From Octopus vulgaris (taxonomy: Eukaryota): DNA of 64,000 nucleotides. The DNA is taken from assembly GCA_951406725.2 (NCBI GenBank), contig OX597834.1, positions 3,472,001 through 3,536,000 on the forward strand, read 5' to 3'. Numbering within the stretch: the stretch's first letter is position 1; each line of letters opens with the position of its first letter. The notes under the pieces were generated by a model, which saw only the letters and a program-made list of their open reading frames with translations, was not told where the DNA came from and did no database searches. Positions 11,842-44,563 of the stretch are shown here, piece after piece. The position numbers and the translations under genes were made by a program.

Positions 11842-12192
11842 ATGACAGACACTACCAACAACACGAAATCAATCAGAAGAAGCACACTAAAACACCCGAG
11901 GTACTCAGAAATGGTCATTGCTGCTATATCAAACCAAGACAAGAACAGGTGCTCCAGAAGGGAAATCATCAGATACATCGTATCGAACTACAACGTGGGA
12001 GACAAAATCCAGTTAATTAAACTCCACGTGAAGCGTGCCTTGAACGTTTGGGTGACGAAAGGGATACTTTCCGAAACCAGGCGATGCTCAGGCCATGTCA
12101 GCACCAACAAACGGAAACTGATGCACAAAATGAAGAAAACTGGGAAAGTGACGCCTTCAAAGTTGGATAATTTGAAAACAACAGAAACTTAA
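11842..12192 (+). CDS. Linker histone H1/H5-like (H15 winged-helix) protein, 116 aa, short C-tail; may be a pseudogene
   Basis: HPRYSEMVIAAI..SRREIIRYIVSNYNVG..VKRAL..VTKGIL matches the H15 globular-domain pattern; intronless; histone stem-loop 24 nt after the stop. Confidence 0.8.
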   Translation: MTDTTNNTKSIRRSTLKHPRYSEMVIAAISNQDKNRCSRREIIRYIVSNYNVGDKIQLIKLHVKRALNVWVTKGILSETRRCSGHVSTNKRKLMHKMKKTGKVTPSKLDNLKTTET

Positions 12193-12211
12193 TAAAATTT
12201 GATTATAACAT

Positions 12212-12237
12212 AAAAAGGCCCTTTTAAGGGCCACCAA
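12212..12237 (+). promoter_or_regulatory. Replication-dependent histone mRNA 3' stem-loop
   Basis: AAAAA-GGCCCT-TTTA-AGGGCC-ACCAA fits the metazoan SLBP-binding consensus. Confidence 0.9.
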
Positions 12238-12698
12238 CGCCATTTTGATTTTATACTCCTACAAAATGAATGCGATCTCTTGAATGTTGGACTCATTCTT
12301 TCCTCTATGTATAAATGCTTATAATTGAAGTCTTTGTAAAGTAATTTTTTTTATTTTGCTTTTAAATCTTCCCGTTTTTTGTTTGTTTGTTTGGATAATA
12401 TTTTATTTATCTATCTTCGTTGTATGAGTTCACTTTCTCAAGTTCGCATCGTGGAACATCTTCCAATTTCTGTGGGGAAACAATTTGAAAACATGTTTTT
12501 TTTAAATCTAGGTTGTTGAATTTGACATTTATTTTACTAGCAACAAAGATTTCAACAGTCATGAATTAGTTGACACGTTTCTTTTAGTGAAATACTAATA
12601 AAATTAATATTTGCCGATTTTGTTCTTAGACACATATCAACCGTGGATCTGCGGACCCACGTTTAAGGGCGTCCCAAATAATGACCATCCCTTTTTTT

Positions 12699-12981
12699 GG
12701 CATTCTTTCGATATAACTCGACAAAATCAAAACATTTCACTTGGGGTATTTTCCGTGGAAGCAAATGACGACAGTTCGATTCTGTTTTCTGATTGGAAAT
12801 TTGCGGATTTTATAAACACACATGAAACAGACAAGAACAAATATGCAAGACTTTTTTTTTCTTCTTCAAGTTTAAAAATAAGACATTGCTGGCATAATTT
12901 CGTTATATCTCAACTCCACAACCCACGGAGATACCCAAAGTGAAATGTTTTGATTTTGTCGAGTTATATCGAAGGAATGCC
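12699..12981. mobile_element. MITE with ~50-bp terminal inverted repeats
   Basis: ggcattctttcgatataactcgacaaaatcaaaacatttcactt.. mirrored by ..aagtgaaatgttttgattttgtcgagttatatcgaaggaatgcc. Confidence 0.75.
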
Positions 12982-14867
12982 TTCTCCCCCCCTCCTACAT
13001 CAGCCATATTATACGAAAGACTTAGATTATTCAATGGATCCTTGATTACAGCATGTTGCTTTACACCATTATTATTAATTATTTTTTTGCTCGGGTCAAA
13101 CCCTTTAGTTTGACCGATATGGTAATTAACTTTATCTTGTCCTGGACTACATATCTTCGCTTGTCTTTTTTTTCTAAGTCAGTAGCGTTCCGTTTGAGGG
13201 AGATTTGGGTGCTATTTCTAACAGGCTCAACGAGTGAGTACAGGTTGATGTCCGCCGATTCTTTTATTTTTTAGCTCGAAAGTAGCGTTGCTGCTTATTC
13301 CAGGATAGCAGACATGCTGTAGACCAAAGGCTAAAACCTTCAGGAATCGTGTACTCCGCATATTATTTTGGTATATCCTCTCATAAAACGGTAGTGTGTG
13401 ATTTGAGACATATGGCTGCTATTTCTAGCAGATTGAACGATCAAGTAGAAACACTTTGTCTAACAAGGTGACAGTGAAAGGTTGTGCAGCAAAAAAAGTG
13501 GGGGAGATGATCGACTGACATGCGGTATCTTGTGAACCCTATTGGCAAATGACCTCATATTTTCGAAATATTGTTTGGTTATCAATCACCCCATGTCCAA
13601 CGAATAAGGGTACTTGGGTACTTGTTGATCAGAATTTTTTTTAGGGTAGTTGTGGAAATATTGGACAACCATATCTCGGCTGAGTTAGTTCCAAACATCA
13701 AAGTCGACAACTTTTTAGCAGAGTAACCCTGGCAGGATCGTTCGTACGCTGGATGAAATGCTTAGCGGTATTTTGCACGTCGCTACGTTCTGAGTTCAAA
13801 TTCCGCCGAGGTCGACTTTGCCTTTCATCCTTTCGGTCGATGAAATCGAATATCCCGGTCCCCCAAATTTCAGGCCTTGAGCCCTATAGCAGAAAAGAAA
13901 GAGTAGCCGGTGCTCGTTGAAATAATTTCACTAAATAAAAGAAAAATAATAAAGAGAATTCGGCGCACCTGCTAGGAATAACAGCCAAATCTCACAAACA
14001 CTTTGTTTCCTTTTAACATTTAGAAAAATGGATATCTTTAGTATATATTCGACATATACGCTGCGATAAAATAATGAAATATGTAATCAATCTACTATCT
14101 ACACATGTATATATACGTTTATACATATACGAAAGAATTCTAAATTGCTTATAACCATGTTCATCATTGCCCTGTCAACATCAACAGAGTAGTTGACATC
14201 ATCATTAGCATTATCTTTAACTCTGCAGTGGTTATTTTCGTGTTGTTATATTCAGGAACATCTTCACAAAAAATATATAAATCATCATCATCTAACATCC
14301 ATGTACCTCGCAGAACTACAAATCCTGTAGAGAGGGAATGATCTGAGGAGGGGCGGTAGTGCAGGTTTTTGTAGAGGACCAGTGTGGTTACTAATATCTA
14401 CTAAGGAAAAAGGGTAAAGATCCCCTTTGGTCATAAATAACCATGAGATTGCACCTAGAAAGTTCCGCTCCAAGGTACAAATCCGGGCAAATTTGTTTAT
14501 GGAAAACCGACAGTCATCCATGCATACCACAAGTATAGTTTATTTCATACGTTTACTTAATAATTACAAATTAAGAAGCTTTTTTTTAAAATGAGTTCAT
14601 AAAAGATAGAATTTAACAAGCCAGACTTCAGTTCAACTCTTAATCACTGCATTTCTGAAGCAAAAATACAATACAAATTGGAGTGTAACAATTGAATAGG
14701 TTTATTTAACAAGTTTTAAGGGAATAAAATGTTTTATGATATTCATTTTAAGTTTTGAATTACAATTCAAAATTGTCTTCTGATTGAAAAAGTGTTTATA
14801 TTGAAATCACTGACCTTTTAAATAGGAAAAGAACAAGAGAAAATCACACCATGATTATATATGTAAT

Positions 14868-15545
14868 TTAATACCAATGTGAATCCGATGTCCTATTCTT
14901 ACTGTATCGATATTCTTTCCCATCCTGGTTATATTTGTAGACATATCTGGCAGGAAAATATTCCATGTTTAAGCGATAATGGCGAAGATGTAGAAGCATG
15001 TGTCTTTCAAGAGTCTTTTTGTCCATCACTATCCTCTCTTTCTCCGCTGGCACCGTTTCAGGTAGGACATTCTTCTCAATCGGTTGTATTTCTTTGCGAA
15101 TTACGAACTCACCGTTGTCTTTGAGTAAACAGTGTTCAAAGTCTTTCTCTTCTGGATAACCATTTGGGAAGGTTATCGGTGTTATCTTTATCAGATGTTT
15201 TACTTTATTTAACATTTGGTTAATGCTTGGTGTGTTCTTCAGCACAACCTTTTCGTTTTGACGACCAGTGAGGTTGAGGGCGAACATCGTGGCCTTTTCC
15301 CTCTGGGGTCTGCCCTTCAAAGTCTTCACTCGACTCACCATGTGTAACATTGAAGGTTCTTCAGGAGCACCTGTTTCACACTTGTTCGACACCAGATCTT
15401 CTCGTAAAGGCTTTGCCCATTTCATGGCCTTGCTTGCCATTTTCTCCTTTTTGCCTACCAGCCTGAATCGAACTGAAGAATACATGACGGGGCTTTGATT
15501 CAAAAGACCGCATCGAAATATTGCGAAAAGATTCTGGGACGCCAT
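14868..15545 (-). CDS. MRPL30: Mitochondrial ribosomal protein L30 (uL30m), single coding exon, 225 aa
   Basis: LHMVSRVKTLKGRP..EK..L.L..VVLKNTPSINQMLNKVKHLIKITPITFPNGYP..CLLKDNGEFV matches metazoan uL30m; Arg/Ser-rich, acid-free N-terminus resembles a mitochondrial presequence; AATAAA on minus at ~14701-14706. Confidence 0.92.
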   Translation of the reverse strand: MASQNLFAIFRCGLLNQSPVMYSSVRFRLVGKKEKMASKAMKWAKPLREDLVSNKCETGAPEEPSMLHMVSRVKTLKGRPQREKATMFALNLTGRQNEKVVLKNTPSINQMLNKVKHLIKITPITFPNGYPEEKDFEHCLLKDNGEFVIRKEIQPIEKNVLPETVPAEKERIVMDKKTLERHMLLHLRHYRLNMEYFPARYVYKYNQDGKEYRYSKNRTSDSHWY

Positions 15546-15675
15546 TTCCGTAAATCAATTCAAGGGCAAATAACCCTGCTCTGATTATCTCCCCTGAATT
15601 AAATCGCACCCGCGTGGAATGGTCACGCCTCGTTTCTAACAACCTTAAATAAACTCATTCATTCTTTTGGTAAGT
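15546..15675. promoter_or_regulatory. Candidate bidirectional promoter and non-coding first exon of QTRT2
   Basis: CpG-containing patch (cgcacccgcgtgg..cacgcc) just upstream of the MRPL30 ATG; donor G|GTAAGT at 15670 on +; QTRT2's first coding exon has an acceptor (tttttag, 17305) upstream of its ATG. Confidence 0.5.
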
Positions 15676-16159
15676 TCCAGCTGTTTTTATTTTTGCGATT
15701 CTTCTTGTTTGTACACAACCGATTTTCATCTATCTAAATTGTCCGATTCCTTTTGATATATCTGCTAGTAATGGACCAAACTTTACACTGCTCTTGTGAT
15801 TCATTCCTGATCAAACGTATCCGTTAGCTAAAGGTACTCCAGCATGGTCACCCTATCTTTTTTGCTTTTCAGATACTAAAATCTTGTTTGCCAAGTGTCG
15901 TTTATATATGACGGTAGGGTGTGATTTTAAGGAGAATTGGTTAGCAATTCGCAGACCGAGCCGCTATTCCATTAGTTCGCGCCAAAGGTAAACACGAAGA
16001 ATGTTGTGTACTACTTGAGACCAGTGGTCCCGGTGCGCGTAGTCGCGCATCCGCGCTAGATAGTCTTGTCTAGTGGATCCTACAACGACTTACCTAGCAA
16101 AGTAAATAAAACAAAATAAATAATTTTTGTTAAACAAAGTAAATAAAACACAAAGTAAA

Positions 16160-16500
16160 GGATCTTTTCGGTTTGAACGGCAGATTTTTCTAGCGGTGTC
16201 ATGAAATTGTCACCCATAATTATGACCCTAGTATCGATCTATTGCATTTCAATGTTTTAGGGTTAGGGTTAGGGGTGGGGGAAGGGTATCTTTTTTCTTC
16301 AGAAATGTAAATAAACCCAATCTGTTTCTTAAACGAGGGACATATTCATACGGCACAGAATTTTTTCACCTCAATAGACGTCATTGGTTGGTTGAAATTT
16401 GCAGAAATTTCCAAACCATAGAATTTTCTCAATAAAGCCAAGGAAAAAAAGATGTTTATTGAGAAAATTCTATAGTTTGTAAGATATTTGTTGTTTTTTT
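16160..16500. mobile_element. Degenerate relative of the 293-917 MITE family
   Basis: Starts ggatcttttcggtttgaacggcag; contains ttagggttagggttaggg and aattttctcaataaagccaag. Confidence 0.55.
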
Positions 16501-16862
16501 TCTTCAATTCCTTCGAAACTGGTATTCTATATTGTTGCTCCCTTACTAAACCTTATTGATTATGTTCTAATCACTCTTATGGGGGCAAACCATCATTCAT
16601 TATTGGTGAATAACCCCATCAACACCTGGATAACTAATTAGCTAAGCTGGTCTCTGTAAACTTTGCACACTGGGAATGATGCATTCAGTTTCTAGTGACC
16701 AAGTCCTTGCCTATGAAGCCTGTCTATATCCCTACAGTCTGAGGAACCAATGACTGAATTGAGGACACCCTATGCTATTCCTGTTTATTGGCAAACGAAA
16801 CTCTATGCATCATTTGAAGTGTCAATGCATACATAAATGATTTCGATTACTATACTTTATTT

Positions 16863-17213
16863 CAGGAGTGGCTGTGTGGGCAAGTGTCTTCTACTATAGC
16901 CTCGGGCCGACCAAAGCCTTGTGAATGGATTTGGTAGACAGAAACTGAAAGAAGCTCATCATGTATATATGTATATATATATATATATATGCGTGTGTAT
17001 GTTTGTGTGTCTGTGTTTGTCCCCCTAGTATTGCTTGACAACCGATGCTGGTGTGTTTATGTCCCCGTTACTTAGTGGTTTGGCAAAAGAGACCGATAGA
17101 ATAAGTACTGGGCTTACAAAAGAATAAGTCTCGGGGTCGAGTTGCTCGATTAAAGGCGGTGCTCCAGCATGGCCGCAGTCAAATGACTGAAACAGGTAAA
17201 AGAGTAAAGAGAG
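16863..17213 (+). mobile_element. tRNA-derived SINE with LINE-like tail (head partly deleted)
   Basis: Same body and tail (gcggtgctccagcatggccgcagtcaaatgactgaaac) as 19581 and 32888. Confidence 0.85.
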
Positions 17214-17324
17214 TATTCTTAAATTAATTTTTTATTCAGAAATATGTATACAAATAATTTTTAAAATGCTTAACTTTCTTTAATATAATCAAATTTCTTT
17301 TTTAGATTTTTTTAAAATCAAAGA

Positions 17325-38400
<21,076 letters not shown>

Positions 38401-38549
38401 ACCAAATTATGTTAAATAAATATTTTGTTCTTCAAACCTGATTTCTTTCTTTTTGTTTGTTTGTTTGTTTCAAGCATTTTTCTATCATTTTATGTAGAAA
38501 AGATTTCATAGAAAGGATTTTGGTTATTTTTTTCAAAGAACACAATAAA

Positions 38550-39290
38550 ACAACCGTTCAGTTCGGGAGTGGGGCCAGTGAATCTTGAAAATATTTGGTC
38601 TTCAACGTAGTCAACGAACAGGCTCGCAAAGAGGGGTCCTATTCCCGTTCGCATGGCCACTCCCGAGACCTGTTGGTAAAACTCCCCTGCAAACGAGAAG
38701 CAGTTGAAAGAGAGAACAAGTTCGGCCAAGGCGAAGTGTGGAGGTGTCAGGTTGGGGGTTGGGTCGGAGGTCTAGGAAGTGTTTGAGGGCAGGAAGTCCT
38801 GGTTTGGTGTTGTCTTGCAATAAGATAGGAGTTGGTCTGTTGACTAATTTAGGCTGTTTTTCTGTAAGTTTCTGCATCGTTTGGTCCAGTTGGCTGTAGT
38901 TATACTTCGGTCGTGATTGATGAGCCGGGTTTAATGCGCCAGACTACCAAAGACTCACCACAGCTTCTTTTGATGAATTTTGCTTTGGGGACTGTGTTTT
39001 GGTGTCTCGTCTTTGTATCATTTCTGTAGTTATCTTTCGGCCAAGGCGAAGTGAGGAGGTGTCAGGTTGGCGGTTGGGTCGGAGGTCTAGGAAGTGTTTG
39101 AGGGCAAGAAGTCCTTCGTTGTGTGGGATCCCCGTATATAGTCTCTTGATATCAAAAGTGAAGGGAAGTTTAGAGGGGCCAAGAGGGAAGGAGAAAGAGT
39201 TGCAGAGCCGGAGAGCATGGTTAGTGTCGTGGATATGGGAGGGGAGGAAGCCACAAGTGGGGGTAGGGGGAGGACACGGTCGAGGTCAGT
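38550..39290 (-). mobile_element. Penelope-like RT fragments interrupted by a mariner fragment
   Basis: FTFDIKRLYTGIPHNEGL; ELVLSFNCFSFAGEFYQQVSGVAM..GPLFASLFV; mariner-like LVNRPTPILLQDNTKP at ~38800-38880. Confidence 0.8.
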
Positions 39291-39957
39291 AGGTTTGATT
39301 GTATACGAATGTACATGTCAGCCCGTGTGTATGTGCTCTATCGCGGAATGACTTCCTGCAACCTTAAAGTCTGTTGCTTTATCTCACCGAATCGATAAGA
39401 TATCTTCGTGAAATCTGGCTGAACCGCATGTTTCTTGGCACTTCTTCACTGTTGGTCACGGCTAGAAACTAATTATAATAACTGCTTGAAATAATAGGAT
39501 TGTTTCGACCGCTATGCTCCTATAATGTCCGTTATACTTCTTTGATTTCTCTATAAATTCGATTGATATTTTTATTATTATTATTATTAACTAGCAGTTA
39601 TACCCGTCGTTGTTCGGGTAATTACTTTTACTCTTTCTCAAGAGCCACATTCAAAGTATTATTATATATATAATTTACTCCTCCTGTGTGTGTGTATTTT
39701 ATAAGAGAAAAACATGTAATATTTGAAGTAGAAAGAAGATCAATTTCATACACGAACTTCTGTTTGTTTATTCTGTTTGACAATAACAAACGAGTTGTAT
39801 GTGTTATTTTATTTATTAATACACTAACAGCAATTATATATAATACACATCATTCAAAAAGGCAATTTACCGATTCTTGAATATAATGGGAGCAATGGAA
39901 GATTAAGTTATTGACGTATTCATGTTGCATTAAGAGTGGATATTTCTTTATAAACAA

Positions 39958-40363
39958 CTAGCAGTATCGCTCAGCGTTGCTCGGGTTTGTAAGGGAAATA
40001 ACTATATAAACATTTTTAGAGATGTAAAGTATAATAGCCATCTCAATATGGCTAACCACAAAGGGGGGGGGGGGCGGGTTGTTACTGTAGCTTTTTACGT
40101 TCTGAGATTTAATAATACATTTTTAGAGAGTTACTTCTCTTATGTATGCCAAAAATGCATTAAAAATGGGAAAAATTGATGGTAAATTTTTTTAAAAATC
40201 GTAGACTCATCGTAGACGCGCGCTAATACCCAGAAGGGCTCGATATGAATCACGACTATAAGATACCCGGTTTTGGTTAAACTGCACCGCAAAATGTGGG
40301 AGTAGTTAGGAATCTAAATCGTAGGAGACAGACAGCACACAACCTCCCCTTTGATATATAAAG
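39958..40363 (-). mobile_element. Non-autonomous Helitron (family of 36277-36788)
   Basis: ctagcagtatcgctcagcgttgctcgggtttgtaaggg terminus; shared body; near-identical to 52324-52720. Confidence 0.88.
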
Positions 40364-40479
40364 ATATTTTAAAATTTTATTTCGGGGTGCATAAGGAAAA
40401 AGATTTGCTTTTGCTTCCACACGCACAAACATAAACATACACAAATAATTACGTACATATAGAGAGATATATTGATAGC

Positions 40480-40620
40480 GCGTTGGATGGATAGATAGAT
40501 AGATAGATGAATGGGTAGATAGATAGATAGATGAATGGATGGATAGAGAGATGAATGGGTAGATAGATGGATAGATAGATAGATAGATGGATGGATGGAT
40601 AGATAGATAGATAGATAAGA
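40480..40620. repeat. (GATA/GATG)n microsatellite
   Basis: Visible directly. Confidence 0.9.
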
Positions 40621-41195
40621 GATACATTTGCTTCAATAAAGTATCTTTACTGAAAGAGCAAAGAAATAAAACAAATTCTTGTGTGTGTGTGTGTGTGAAG
40701 GTAGATACCGAGACAGTTTATTAAATCGAAGAGCGTTGAGCGCGTGGAAAGCTGAAACGTCGGTCATTAATGCAGTTGCTATAGTTGCAATGAGCCCCGC
40801 TTGAAATCCGCTGATAATCCGATATCTTATTGACCGCAAATTATAGTCCTTAATGATTTACTACTGATGCAACAATGATAAATATAAATCAATGATTGCC
40901 ATCTGCTTATAAGTGTAAGGGAACAAAGATGGCTTAGACCACACGGTCAATCAGTCAAAAAGATCGGTTATTTTGTGCTGCAATGCGTATGATTGTTGCA
41001 TTGACACTCAACGATCTATAAAGCATTCATTGCTGCACAATTTTCTTTCTGTATTTTAATTTGAAGTATTGTGTGCAGTTATTCCTTCATCAGAAACAAA
41101 AAAACATCAGCGTGATCTCCTCATCATGCGGTATATATGCTGCTAAGCATTTTGTTCGGCGTGCTCACGATGTTGCTAGGTCACTGCATTATCTA

Positions 41196-43224
41196 TCTTC
41201 TGTATATATATAATTGAATTTCTGTCTGTTTGCTTGTTTGTCTGTCAGAATGAAAGTAAAGACAGCAAATCCGTAGAAGTAGTCTCACCCTGGTTCAAAT
41301 TCAAAACTGAATATTTCAATTCTCTTTGGGAATATGGCCTGTCGATTTAAACAATACCAATTAGGGAGATATATGAGCAGTAATGAGGCCTTTTGGCGCA
41401 TATTTGGATTCTCAATCCACGAAAGGCTCCCAGTCGTTCAACAACATTTAGAAAATGGTCAAATGGTTTACTTCACTGCTGTGACAGCTGCAAATCAAGT
41501 TTCAGATGCAAAGGATACCACTTTAACAACCCTTTTCAATCTTTGTCGGGGGGACAATTTGGCAAAACGCTAGTATATCACGAGGTTCCTTCTTATTCTA
41601 CATGGAGTAATAATAAATGGAATAGACGCAAAATAGGTACATCCTGGGATTACGTTTGGTACAGCAATTGGTAGAGTATATACTGTGCATTCTAACGAAA
41701 GCGAATGCTTTCATCTCAGAATGCTTCATATAAAAAAAGGGGCCGACTTCATGGGAAAGCTTGAAAGAAGTTTGTCAAGAAAATAAAATAGCTTAAGCTA
41801 CTGCTGGGATTGCAGCGACATTACTACCCGGAGGTCGGACTACCCATTCAATATTTAAGTTACATTTAGATTTATCTAACAAAGAAGACCCAGTTTGTAA
41901 TATACCTAAAACTTCTGAAATGGGTGAACTAATACAAAAATGCTACTTAATTGTCTGGGACGAATGTACCATGGCTCACAAAAATGGTTTTGAAGCTGTG
42001 GACAGAACATCATATGACATTGGAAATTTTAATTCCAGGAAACTTTTGACAAACACTACAAGTTGTTCCGAGGGGAATAAAAGTGGACGAGCTCGATGCT
42101 TCCATATTCTGTATCATGGCACCATGTAAAAACACTTCAGCTTTCGACAAATATGAGATCGAAGCTTTCAAGAGATCAATCAGCCGAACTATTTGCAGAG
42201 CAGCTTTTGAAACTCGGTGAAGGGAAATTTAGAATTGATGAAGAACAGTTCCTTATGCTCAATCCAGTATATGTAATTCAGCTGATTCCATCGATGATTT
42301 GGTGAAATCTTTCCGAATCTTTTTCATAATTACAACAATACAGGTTGGATCCGTGAGCAAGCTACTCCGGCTCCAGTAAATGTTGCCGGAAATAGCAAAA
42401 TTGAATAAACTTCCGGGAGAAATATTCACTTATAACTCAATTGAGAGTGTTAACTACCTCATCGAAGTTCTGAACTCACTAGAACCACCAGATATAGGTG
42501 ATCAGCTGAAAAAAGTACTCCTATTATGCAATGGTACAAGACTGATTGTGCAAAAACGTATGAGGAACTGCACTGAGGCAAATATTCTCACTGGTTGTGG
42601 TAAAGGTGAGATCGTTTACATTCTCCGCATACCAGTTATACCATCTGATGTCCCATTCCAGTTTAAGAGGTTACAGTTTCCTATCCGAGTTTCTTTTGCC
42701 ATGAGCATTAATAACACTCAGGGCCAAACACTAAAAATTGTTGGATTACAACTTGAACAACCATGCTTTTCACATTGTCAACTTTATATAGAGGCATCAC
42801 GTGTGGAAGCAAAAGCAAATCCTTTTGCTTATGCACCCCGAAATAAAACAAAAAATATTGTTTATATAGAAATATCCATTCTTAATGCAACACGAATACG
42901 TCAATAACTTAATCTTCCATTGCTCTCATTATATTCAAGAATCGGTAAATTGCCTTTTTGAATGATGTGTATTATATATAATTGCCGTTAGTGTATTAAT
43001 AAATAAAATAACACATACAACTCGTTTGTTATTGTCAAACAGAATAAACAAACAGAAGTTCGTGTATGAAATTGATCTTCTTTCTACTTCAAATATTACA
43101 TGTTTTTCTCTTATAAAATACACACACACAGGAGGAGTAAATTATATATATAATAATACTTTGAATGTGGCTCTTGAGAAAGAGTAAAAGTAATTACCCG
43201 AACAACGACGGGTATAACTGCTAG
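41196..43224 (+). mobile_element. Internally deleted Helitron with RepHel/Pif1 helicase remnants
   Basis: GRYMSSNEAFWRIF, AATLLPGGRTTHS, LIVWDECTM, LCNGTRL, FKRLQFPIRVSFAMSIN..QGQTL..CFSH.QLY..SRV; hairpin cccgaacaacgacggg then CTAG|T. Confidence 0.92.
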
Positions 43225-43328
43225 TTAATAATAATAATAATAAAAATATCAATCGAATTTATAGAGAAATCAAAGAAGTATAACGGACATTATAGGAGCA
43301 TAGCGGTCGAAACAATCCTATTATTTCA

Positions 43329-44268
43329 GCGACTTCAACACAACCAAAGCATTCTATAGGGGATTAGTGGAGGCGAGGTACGACGATGATCTCGGGGCGA
43401 ACCTGGGCGTCGACGAGGATTACCTGACCCGCCTGTTCAGGACGACTTTCAGGCCGGGACCTATGGACAACTTCCAGAGAACCCTGGCCTGGCAGTGCTA
43501 TCGAGAACCGCTACTCGTTCGGGATAAGCTCTACAGACACGGCTCAAGGGGCCGACCTGCCCGAGATGCGGTCAGAGCGACGAAACAGTTCTGCACGCAC
43601 TCGTGCAGTGTCCAACCATTTCCGACCTGTGGGCTTATGTCGAACAATTGCTGTCACGTGTGGGACGAGTCGGTTTATCAGCCGAGTCTATCGTCAATAT
43701 CGTCACGCTTCCTTCCTTCAAATGGGAAGGAAGAGCTATTTTCATCATCCTTGTGGCTATGACGAAAGAATGTATCTGGTGGACGCGTCTGAAAGGATTG
43801 GCGACAAACACTTTCCTCTCTGGTCAATCTCTTATCAATGTCTTCAAGTATCACTTGAAAAGGAAAGTGAGAGTAGAGAGACAAGTTTTGTCTAGCGAAT
43901 GTTAAAAAAAAAAAGATGGGTGAATGTAGCAAGGAAGCCACCTTGAGCATAATCCTATGAACCCGGAAATTTAAAATAGAGAGTTACTTACTTGCAAATA
44001 AATGTGTTAACATGTGACATTATTGACTGAGGTTACCGTGGTCTTTTCCGTAGGCTTTTCTTTCCACGGATAAACTTTATCTGCTTCCCCCTTTACACTT
44101 TACATCATACCATTTCTGTGATGCATGATTCCTATTGATCGTTTTTTTCACAATCCCTTTTAATCGAAAACCTACCCCATCTTTTTTTTCTTTCTCCCTA
44201 AAAAGAAAAGCTCTACTTTGTAATTTGTCCCGTCTGTGTTCAGCCCTGTGTGGCTAATAAAGAAACAT
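43329..44268 (+). mobile_element. Tx1/L1-clade LINE, 5'-truncated 3' fragment
   Basis: Homologous to ~48468-49470 (LAWQCYRE, CPRC..ET.LH..VQC zinc-finger region); ends ctaataaagaaac then (TCTA)n. Confidence 0.88.
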
Positions 44269-44286
44269 TATCTATCCATCCATCCA

Positions 44287-44382
<96 letters not shown>

Positions 44383-44456
44383 GTCTGTCTGTCTGTCTGT
44401 CCGTCCGTCCGTGTCCGTCCGTCCGTCCGTCCGTCCGTCCGTCCGTCCGTCCGTCC

Positions 44457-44539
<83 letters not shown>

Positions 44540-44563
44540 AATCTATCTATCTATCTATCTATC
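44269..44563. repeat. Compound microsatellite (TCTA)-(TCTG)-(TCCG)-(TCTG)-(TCTA)
   Basis: Visible directly. Confidence 0.95.

Noticed and set aside
16257-16275. TTAGGG runs as a telomere or fusion site
   Set aside because: Only 2-3 units, inside a dispersed MITE family.
39686-39880. Identical 64-aa ORFs here and at 42935-43129 as duplicated genes
   Set aside because: Antisense of the Helitron 3' non-coding region within the inverted duplication.
40720-40775. Other hammerhead-like strings (also ~32797 and ~37560)
   Set aside because: A core box is missing or mutated and the stems are unconvincing.
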